Made by a program: the position numbers and the translations under genes. From contig JAFLVG010000007.1 of NCBI GenBank assembly GCA_022508445.1, forward strand, positions 1,457 through 65,456: DNA of 64,000 nucleotides. The letters are read 5' to 3'. Below are positions 47,376-54,082 of this stretch, one piece after another. Numbering within the stretch: position 1 is the first letter of the stretch; the number at the start of each line of letters is the position of its first letter. The notes under the pieces are model-generated. The model ran no database searches, was not told where the DNA came from, and saw nothing but the letters and a program-made list of their open reading frames with translations. This stretch comes from Clostridiales bacterium. Its GTDB lineage: Bacteria; Bacillota; Clostridia; Christensenellales; Pumilibacteraceae.

Positions 47376-49075
47376 TGTTACAGAGGATTACGGTACATAA
47401 TCTTGCGCTGATACGCGATCTCGATATAGAGTTTATGCCCGACCTTAATGTGTTTTCGGGTGAAACGGGTGCAGGCAAATCGATTATAGTCGATTCGCTC
47501 ATGTTGCTTGTCGGCGGTAGATACGATAAATCGCTGTTGAAGTTCGGAGAAGAGAGCGGATATGTAGAGGGTGTATTCGGTTTTGAAAATTCCGAGCCGT
47601 TAGTCGATATGGGTATCGACTGCGAGGACGGGTTTTTTATCGTTACGCGTAAATTTACAAAAGACGGAAAAAACGAAATACGCATAAACGGCAAAACCAC
47701 CACCACTGTGATGTTGCGCGAGCTTATGCAGCATTATGTTGACATATACGGTCAGAACGAGTATCAATCACTATTGAAGATTACGGAACAGCGCAAGATA
47801 CTCGACCATTTCGTGTTTCAAAAAGACGAATCGAAATTATTAGAACACCGAAAGATTTACGACGAGTACAAAAAAGTTCGCGCAGATATGCAGAAGCTGG
47901 GCGACGAAACGGCTCGCGCGCAGAGGATAGACATTCTCAAATATCAGATTGAAGAAATCAAATCCGCCGCAGTACAGGCAGGCGAAGAAGAAAAGCTCAT
48001 CGAGAGAAGGCATTTGCTCATGGCGTCGGAGCGCATCAAAAACGCGCTCGCCGATTGCTTGGAATGCCTTGATTCGGACGGCGGCGCGGCGTCATCGGTA
48101 TCCGATTCTACGCATGCGCTTTCTTCGATATCGTCTTTTGGCGAAAAGTTTTCAGAGCTCAACGACAGACTTCGTTCGGTTTCAATCGAGCTTGACGACA
48201 TTACCGAAAGTCTAAAAGACGAGCTTGACGGAATGGGCGGTAGCGAGCGCGAGCTTGACGAAGTCGCCGCAAGGCTCGATAAACTTCGCGCACTCAAATC
48301 CAAGTACGGCACGTATGACGCTATGCAAAAGTTTTTGAAGTCCGCCGAAGAGGAGCTTGACGTCGCGTCTAACGGCAAAGATATTTACGACGCGCTTTGC
48401 AAGAAGGAGGCTGAGCTTAGCAAAAAGCTGTTTAATAGCTGTGCGCTCCTATCCGATATGCGAAAGCGCGGAGCTGAAACGCTCAAAAACAGAATTTTGA
48501 CCGAGCTTGCCGATCTAGGCATGGCAAATTCGCAGTTTGAAACTGTGTTCTCCGATAGACCGTCGGAAGAGGAATTCGATAAACGCGTTACAGCAAACGG
48601 ATTCGACGAGTTTGAATTCTATTTAAGCCCGAATATCGGTCAACCGCTTTTGCCGCTTGCAAAAATCATTTCCGGCGGCGAAATGTCGAGATTTATGCTT
48701 GCCGTCAAGCTAATTACGGGCGATCTCGGTCAAATCGAAACAATGATATTCGACGAGGTAGACACGGGTATAAGCGGTTCTGTGGGGCTCAGCGTTGCGA
48801 AAAAGCTCGCACGGCTGTCGCGCGGACATCAGGTCCTTTGCGTAACACATCTGCCGCAGATAGCCGCAATGGCGGACGGACATTATTATATAGAAAAATT
48901 CGAGACAGGCGGAGATACCGTTACGCGTGTCACGCCGCTTGACCGTTCGGGAATGATAGGCGAAATTTCGCGACTTTCGGGAACAAAGGGCGTGTCGAGT
49001 TCATCGGACAAGAATGCGACAGAGCTTAAAGATTGGAGCGACGACTACAAAAGCGAGCTTTCGGGTACGCATTAA
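47375..49075 (+). CDS. recN: DNA repair protein RecN
   Basis: ATGA-type overlap with the nadK stop. Walker A GETGAGKS, SMC coiled coil, signature SGGEMSR, Walker B IFDEVDTG. Confidence 0.95.
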   Translation: MLQRITVHNLALIRDLDIEFMPDLNVFSGETGAGKSIIVDSLMLLVGGRYDKSLLKFGEESGYVEGVFGFENSEPLVDMGIDCEDGFFIVTRKFTKDGKNEIRINGKTTTTVMLRELMQHYVDIYGQNEYQSLLKITEQRKILDHFVFQKDESKLLEHRKIYDEYKKVRADMQKLGDETARAQRIDILKYQIEEIKSAAVQAGEEEKLIERRHLLMASERIKNALADCLECLDSDGGAASSVSDSTHALSSISSFGEKFSELNDRLRSVSIELDDITESLKDELDGMGGSERELDEVAARLDKLRALKSKYGTYDAMQKFLKSAEEELDVASNGKDIYDALCKKEAELSKKLFNSCALLSDMRKRGAETLKNRILTELADLGMANSQFETVFSDRPSEEEFDKRVTANGFDEFEFYLSPNIGQPLLPLAKIISGGEMSRFMLAVKLITGDLGQIETMIFDEVDTGISGSVGLSVAKKLARLSRGHQVLCVTHLPQIAAMADGHYYIEKFETGGDTVTRVTPLDRSGMIGEISRLSGTKGVSSSSDKNATELKDWSDDYKSELSGTH

Positions 49076-49134
49076 ATATAATTAAATTCGATTAAGAAGT
49101 ATATAATTCGACATCAAGCAAACACTAACGCAGT

Positions 49135-50121
49135 ATGAAAAAATTGCGCGTGATTGTGTGCGCCTTGCTGGCGTTTTTATTTTGCTTTACCGTAAGCAAT
49201 CCGACGATTGCTTTTGCGGATAACGGCGAGCGCGAAAAAGTGTATGTCGGGGGATTCCCGATAGGAATTTCTATTGACGTAGGCGGGCTTTTGGTGGAAA
49301 GCGTCACGGGCGTGGAAACCGAATACGGCTATGTAAATGTCGACGGGTTACAGCAAGGCGATATAATTTTGTCGATTGACGGAATTGACGTCACGAGCGT
49401 CGAGGACATTTCGGAGCTTTTGACTTCCGATGTGGTTACGGTCGATTTACTGCGCGGCGGCGATAAGATTTCCGTCGAAATCAAGCCTGTGTTGGAGTCG
49501 TATAGCATGAAGCCTCGGCTCGGCGTTAAGATCAAAGACCGCATTTACGGCGTGGGAACGGTGACATTTGTGAGAGAGGACGGTAGATTTACCGCGCTGG
49601 GACATGAGATTTACGACGGCGATACCGGCGTTCACATACCGTTTTCCGGAGGCCATATTCACGCCTGCAAGATTCTCGGGGTGAAGCGCGGTAAGCGTGG
49701 CGAAGCCGGGGCAATACTTGCGTCAATCATGCCCGAAAAGGAGTATGGCACTGTTGTTTGCAATAATAATTTCGGTATTGCCGGCAAATTTGAGTATGAT
49801 TTCGATAAAAGCGAGCTGCTAACTCTCGCGCGTCGGGATGAAGTGAGAACTGGCGGCGCAAAGATTAAAACGGCGGTAAACGGCAAGCCGGAATATTTCG
49901 ATGTAGAAATAATTAAGGCGATGAGACAATCCGGAAGAAAAGAAAAAGGCATGGTCTTTCGAATAACCGACAAAAGGCTTTTGGAGATGACAGGCGGTAT
50001 CGTTCGCGGCATGAGCGGTTCACCGATTATTCAAAACGGCAAGGTGATAGGTGCAGTCACTCACGTATTTCTCAACGACTTTACAAAAGGCTACGGCGTA
50101 TATGCCGATTTCCTAAACTAA
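49135..50121 (+). CDS. spoIVB: SpoIVB peptidase (S55) with PDZ domain
   Basis: Signal anchor. PDZ region (GLQQGDIILSIDG). Catalytic-Ser region GIVRGMSGSPII. recN-spoIVB synteny. Confidence 0.87.
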   Translation: MKKLRVIVCALLAFLFCFTVSNPTIAFADNGEREKVYVGGFPIGISIDVGGLLVESVTGVETEYGYVNVDGLQQGDIILSIDGIDVTSVEDISELLTSDVVTVDLLRGGDKISVEIKPVLESYSMKPRLGVKIKDRIYGVGTVTFVREDGRFTALGHEIYDGDTGVHIPFSGGHIHACKILGVKRGKRGEAGAILASIMPEKEYGTVVCNNNFGIAGKFEYDFDKSELLTLARRDEVRTGGAKIKTAVNGKPEYFDVEIIKAMRQSGRKEKGMVFRITDKRLLEMTGGIVRGMSGSPIIQNGKVIGAVTHVFLNDFTKGYGVYADFLN

Positions 50122-50177
50122 TTCGCGCAAAAGCGGCACAAATACTTAAATTACGGTTTTTCGGTACAGAGCGTGCG

Positions 50178-50186
50178 TGATATAAT
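50178..50186 (+). promoter_or_regulatory. Extended -10 (TGaTATAAT) ending 6 nt before the ATG of the Spo0A_C-like gene
   Basis: Read directly. The -35 (TTTTCG) is weak. Confidence 0.45.
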
Positions 50187-50192
50187 GACTGC

Positions 50193-50465
50193 ATGCGAGG
50201 CAGAATAACCGCAGAGCTCGATAAATACATTAAGCACGGCAAGGCATTCGACTATCTTGTAGACGCGATAGAAATGTATGATTTGTCGGGTGATACGCTA
50301 AAACGCGTTTTCGGTGAAGTCGCAAAAAAGCACAATGTATCCGTGTGCGCTACCGAGAGGCTAGTTGCTCTTGCCGCGGCAAATGCCGACACCGAAAAGC
50401 GTATGACGGCGAAAGAGCTTATCGCATTCATAAAAGAGCGAATAATGTTTGAAATTGACGAATAA
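50193..50465 (+). CDS. Stand-alone Spo0A C-terminal (DNA-binding) domain-like protein, no receiver domain
   Basis: HGKAFDYLVDAIEMY ... VFGEVAKKHNVSVCATERLVALAA ... MTAKELIAFIKERI aligns by eye with Spo0A HIKGYLYLREAI ... [24 protein letters not shown] ... NSEFIAMVADKL. Occupies the spo0A slot after spoIVB. Confidence 0.55.
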   Translation: MRGRITAELDKYIKHGKAFDYLVDAIEMYDLSGDTLKRVFGEVAKKHNVSVCATERLVALAAANADTEKRMTAKELIAFIKERIMFEIDE

Positions 50466-50488
50466 TAGGAACGGCGTCAGCATAAGTT
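50460..50488 (+). promoter_or_regulatory. Sigma-E-like promoter ending 6 nt before the ATG of the SpoIIM-like gene
   Basis: GAATAAT, 14-nt spacer, then CATAAGTT. Same geometry as the spoIIIA promoter. Confidence 0.4.
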
Positions 50489-50494
50489 TACAGT

Positions 50495-51115
50495 ATGAAA
50501 CGCACATTCGCCGTATCGGATTTGTTTTACAGACTTACGCACACGATAAAGCGCAACCGCTTTTCCGTGTTGCTTTACATAGCCATTTGCCTTGTATTCT
50601 TGGTGGTCGGCATTGCGGTCGGCGTGAATGTGACAAACAAAACCGATTTTGTTTTGCGAAACAACGCGAGCATTTTCAGATTTTTGCGCGGAGATATCGG
50701 GATTGTTACATATTTCTTTCTCGATCTTCTCATGACGTGCATTTACGCTCTGTTTGCCGCGTCCATGTTCTTTTATAAAGCATTGACGTTTTTGTCGATA
50801 ATGCCTTGTGCGTACAGATCTTATATTTTGGGCATGAACGTAAGCATTATTATTGTGGTGTTTTCTGTTTCTTCGATTCCGATGCTGTTCGTACTGTATG
50901 TTCCCATTTGCATAATAGAAATAATCGTATTGTGCATGCTTTCTTTCGGGTGTTTCAGATTTTACGCAATGAACGGCAGTTGCATGCCGTCGAAAGCCGA
51001 TATCAAATTCTATTATAAAAATGTTTTGAGCGTGATTATTTTCCTCGCAGTATGCACGCTCGTCAAGGCGGCAATGCTCGCACTTTTCGGCTCGGCGCTT
51101 ATAGGAATAATTTGA
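50495..51115 (+). CDS. Multi-pass membrane protein, possibly SpoIIM (DUF95)-like
   Basis: 206 aa. Has a roughly 25-aa basic N-terminus, a TM helix, a loop, then 4 TM helices, as in SpoIIM. A sigma-E-like promoter lies directly upstream. Sequence similarity itself is weak. Confidence 0.35.
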   Translation: MKRTFAVSDLFYRLTHTIKRNRFSVLLYIAICLVFLVVGIAVGVNVTNKTDFVLRNNASIFRFLRGDIGIVTYFFLDLLMTCIYALFAASMFFYKALTFLSIMPCAYRSYILGMNVSIIIVVFSVSSIPMLFVLYVPICIIEIIVLCMLSFGCFRFYAMNGSCMPSKADIKFYYKNVLSVIIFLAVCTLVKAAMLALFGSALIGII

Positions 51116-51172
51116 TGAATTAAATCCTTCGAGAAAAGCCAAAATACCGATATGGATTTCTTCGGAGGTAAA

Positions 51173-52342
51173 ATGAACAACAAAAAATTTCTTATTGGTA
51201 TCGCCGCGATATTGACGGCGATAGTGGCGCTTGTGCCGATTATGGGCGGTGCGTTTGCCGCAAAAGCCGAAAACGAACCGTCCGGTCTTGCAAAAACATG
51301 CAAAGCCGCGATGATTTTGGACAGCGAAACAGGCACTGTCGTTTACGAGAAGAACGTGAAAGAGCATTTGCAGATAGCAAGTATGGTCAAGATTATGACG
51401 CTCGGTCTTGCGTTCGACGAGATTGAACGGCGCGAAATACCGTACGATACTATCGTAACGGCGTCAGAGAATGCGGCGGCCATGGGCGGATCGCAGGCGT
51501 TTCTTGACGCGAATGCCGATTATAGGCTGGACGAGCTGTTAAAAAGCATAGTCGTTGCTTCTGCTAATGATTCGTGCGTTGCCGTTGCCGAATACTTGTA
51601 CGGAAGTGTAGACGCATTTGTTTCGGCAATGAACGAACGCGCCGCAGAGCTTGGACTTACCGACACACAATTCGTAAACTGCACGGGATTGCCGCAAAAA
51701 GGTCAGTACAGCTGTGCCGCCGATGTCGCGGTTATGTTCAAGCAGCTGATAAAACATGAAAAATTCTTCGAATACGCCAAGGTCTGGATGTACGATTTCG
51801 CTCATCCCGGCGGCAGAGTGACGGGACTTACCAATACAAATAAGCTCATTCGTTTTTACGACGGCTGCGACGGTGGCAAAACAGGTTATACCGATGAGGC
51901 GCGTTCTTGTATCACCGTTACCGCAAAGCGCGGCGATACTCGACTTATCTGTGTGGCGATAGGCGCCGAAAACTCCAAAACTCGCAATAAAGAAGTTTCT
52001 GAAATGCTCAATTACGGCTTTTCCAACTATAAAACCGTTTATGCAGTAAAAAAGGGCGACGTGCTCGGCGAATACGCAGTATCTAACGGCAAGACCGATA
52101 AGATTACTGTCGTCGCCGAAAGCGACTGCACTGCATTTATCAAAAACGGCGAAAAATCGGAGTTTACACTCGATATCAATGTCAAAGAGCTTTGCGCGCC
52201 CGTAAAGGCAGGCGACAAGGTGGGGACTGTTTCCGTAAAATTGAACGGAAATGAATTCGCGACGGTCGGCATTATCGCTCAAAACGGTTGCGCTCAAAAA
52301 GGATATAAGGACGTTCTCGACGATTTCATCAGTCAGTGGTAA
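51173..52342 (+). CDS. D-alanyl-D-alanine carboxypeptidase (S11, DacB/DacF-like)
   Basis: ATG 4 nt after GGAGG. Signal peptide. SxxK (ASMVK), SxN (SANDS), KTG (GKTGYT). Confidence 0.87.
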   Translation: MNNKKFLIGIAAILTAIVALVPIMGGAFAAKAENEPSGLAKTCKAAMILDSETGTVVYEKNVKEHLQIASMVKIMTLGLAFDEIERREIPYDTIVTASENAAAMGGSQAFLDANADYRLDELLKSIVVASANDSCVAVAEYLYGSVDAFVSAMNERAAELGLTDTQFVNCTGLPQKGQYSCAADVAVMFKQLIKHEKFFEYAKVWMYDFAHPGGRVTGLTNTNKLIRFYDGCDGGKTGYTDEARSCITVTAKRGDTRLICVAIGAENSKTRNKEVSEMLNYGFSNYKTVYAVKKGDVLGEYAVSNGKTDKITVVAESDCTAFIKNGEKSEFTLDINVKELCAPVKAGDKVGTVSVKLNGNEFATVGIIAQNGCAQKGYKDVLDDFISQW

Positions 52343-52394
52343 GATAATTCGCTTTTCGTCTTGAATGCGTACCTTAAATACCTGTCGAAATATG

Positions 52395-52423
52395 TTGACG
52401 GTTGTAATAAGGTATGATAAAAT
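52395..52423 (+). promoter_or_regulatory. Sigma-A-type promoter for rpe
   Basis: TTGACG, 17-nt spacer with TGa, then TAAAAT. The hexamer ends 6 nt before the rpe ATG. Confidence 0.6.
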
Positions 52424-52429
52424 ATAGTC

Positions 52430-53092
52430 ATGAAAAACGTTCTTATTGCACCCTCGATTTTGAGCGGCAACTTCGCGGCAATGGGCGAAGACGTATTAGA
52501 CATGGCAAGGATAGGCGCGGATTGGATTCACATTGACGTCATGGACGGAGTCTTTGTTCCGAATTTGACGTTCGGATTCAAGATGATAAGCGATCTTCGT
52601 CCGATTTCGGATATGTTTTTCGACGCGCACTTGATGATTGCCGATCCGATCAGGTACGTGGAAAGGTTTGTAAAATCGGGCGCCCAGCTTGTATCCTTTC
52701 ATTATGAAGCGGAAAAGGACATCGACGGTGCGCTCGACATAATTAAAAAGTCCGGCTGCAAATGCGGTTTGGCTATCAATCCCGACACGCCTGTTGACGT
52801 AATCGCTCCTTATCTTCACAAGCTCGATTTGATTTTGGTAATGTCGGTCTTTCCGGGATTCGGCGGACAAAAGTTCATCGACGGCTCGCTCGAACGCATA
52901 AAGCAAGCGGCGGAGCTTCGCGATAAATATGCGCCAAACGCATTGGTAGAGGTGGACGGCGGAGTCAACGAAGGCAATGCCGCGGATATTGCGGCCGCCG
53001 GTGCGGACGTGATTGTCGCCGGCAATGCTGTGTTCGGCGCGTCCGACCGCAAAAAAGCAGTCGATATATTACGCAAGGGAAAGAATTTGTAA
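52430..53092 (+). CDS. rpe: Ribulose-phosphate 3-epimerase
   Basis: IAPSILSGNFA, HIDVMDG, VMSVFPGFGGQKF, VDGGV. Confidence 0.95.
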   Translation: MKNVLIAPSILSGNFAAMGEDVLDMARIGADWIHIDVMDGVFVPNLTFGFKMISDLRPISDMFFDAHLMIADPIRYVERFVKSGAQLVSFHYEAEKDIDGALDIIKKSGCKCGLAINPDTPVDVIAPYLHKLDLILVMSVFPGFGGQKFIDGSLERIKQAAELRDKYAPNALVEVDGGVNEGNAADIAAAGADVIVAGNAVFGASDRKKAVDILRKGKNL

Positions 53093-53136
53093 CACGCACG
53101 CACAGCCGCGCATAGAAGAGAAGAGGGAGGTGCGGC

Positions 53137-53217
53137 ATGTCGAAAATCATTTGCGTAAAGTTACCGAGGGCGCTTGGCAGAATAGTGCGGCTGTTTAAGC
53201 GCAAAAAAGCGGAGTAG
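53137..53217 (+). CDS. spoVM: Stage V sporulation protein M (26 aa, below the ORF-track cutoff)
   Basis: ATG 8 nt after GGGAGG. MSKIICVKLPRALGRIVRLFKRKKAE compares with B. subtilis SpoVM MKFYTIKLPKFLGGIVRAMLGSFRKD. Same length and same position between rpe and the divergent rpmB. Confidence 0.72.
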   Translation: MSKIICVKLPRALGRIVRLFKRKKAE

Positions 53218-53242
53218 CAAAAAGTAATCTTAATTACAAATA

Positions 53243-53280
53243 AAAAATCCGAGCTTAACATAAACTCGGATTTTATTTTT
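53243..53280. terminator. Bidirectional intrinsic terminator shared by rpe-spoVM (+) and rpmB (-)
   Basis: Stem AAAATCCGAG / CTCGGATTTT, flanked by an A-run on the left and a T-run on the right. Confidence 0.8.
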
Positions 53281-53313
53281 GATTGAATAAATTACGACTG
53301 ATTTAATTTTCGA

Positions 53314-53505
53314 TTAGTCGTTTTCTTGTTTTTTGGCGGTGCGCAGGCAACGTGTGCAAACATACTCGTGCGAGATCTTGCCGTCAACTTCGGTCGTTAC
53401 TTTGTGAACGTTGGCATTGAAGCTGCGCTTTGTCTTTTTGTGCGAGTGGCTGACGTTGTTGCCGGATACTTTACCTTTACCGCAAACCGAACAGACTTTG
53501 CTCAT
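53314..53505 (-). CDS. rpmB: 50S ribosomal protein L28
   Basis: MSKVCSVCGKGKVSGNNVSHSHKKTKR. SD GGGAGG on the minus strand. Confidence 0.96.
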   Translation of the reverse strand: MSKVCSVCGKGKVSGNNVSHSHKKTKRSFNANVHKVTTEVDGKISHEYVCTRCLRTAKKQEND

Positions 53506-53549
53506 GTGTTTTAACCTCCCAATAGCGGTCTAAACTGATTTCCTGTAAC

Positions 53550-53578
53550 AATATACCACTTTTTCGGCCTTTTGGCAA
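53550..53578 (-). promoter_or_regulatory. Sigma-A-type promoter for rpmB
   Basis: On the minus strand: TTGCCA, 17-nt spacer with TGg, then TATATT. Confidence 0.6.
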
Positions 53579-53629
53579 CCGAAAAGAGGGGCTTTTTTGC
53601 ATAAATTTGCAAAAAATAATGTAAAACTC

Positions 53630-53658
53630 TTGCAATATCACGGCAAATAGGTTAAAAT
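53630..53658 (+). promoter_or_regulatory. Sigma-A-type promoter for yloU-yloV
   Basis: TTGCAA, 17-nt spacer, then TAAAAT. A 42-nt leader follows, with GGAG before the GTG. Confidence 0.6.
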
Positions 53659-53700
53659 ATAACAGTGCGGTACATATACTTAATTGTTTTGGAGTAGATT

Positions 53701-54051
53701 GTGAGCGTTCATACATCTAACGCATACGGCAGAATAACTGTCACGGAGGATTCGATAGCACAGGTTGCTGCCGATACCGCTTTGGACTGTTACGGTATAG
53801 TCGATCTCGTTTCCAAAACATTTTCCGATAATCTTTCGGACTTGTTCAAGCGCAAACGCTTATCGCGCGGAGTAAACGTATTTACCAACGGTGACAGAAT
53901 CTTTATAGATTTATATGTTATAATCAAATACGGTCTGTCCATAGAAGCCGTTGCCCAGTCGCTCAAAAAAGCGGTCAAGTACCGTGTGGAGCGGTTTGCC
54001 GGCATGGTGGTAGATACTATTAACGTCCATGTTGTCGGAATAAAGGTATAA
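53701..54051 (+). CDS. Asp23/Gls24-family protein (YloU-like)
   Basis: GTG 6 nt after GGAG. DSIAQVAADTALDCYGIV. Synteny rpmB<>yloU-yloV-recG. Confidence 0.8.
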   Translation: MSVHTSNAYGRITVTEDSIAQVAADTALDCYGIVDLVSKTFSDNLSDLFKRKRLSRGVNVFTNGDRIFIDLYVIIKYGLSIEAVAQSLKKAVKYRVERFAGMVVDTINVHVVGIKV

Positions 54052-54082
54052 GGTATAGTGCCCGACTATTCGGAGGAATTAA

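Noticed and set aside
49099-49129. Possible forespore (sigma-F/G-type) promoter GTATA-N19-CACTAAC upstream of spoIVB. Also a TATAAT at 49102-07 that would give a roughly 20-nt SD-less leader.
   Set aside because: The spacing is longer than the consensus I remember, and the -10 match is poor. I cannot distinguish between the two readings from sequence alone, so no feature is reported.
50477-51367. 296-aa minus-strand ORF overlapping the SpoIIM-like gene and the dac 5' end. Considered as an alternative coding assignment.
   Set aside because: The translation is rich in R/H/C/N/F with no hydrophobic core pattern or motifs. It would overlap the well-supported dac start and signal peptide. The + strand ORF gives a coherent five-TM protein with its own promoter.
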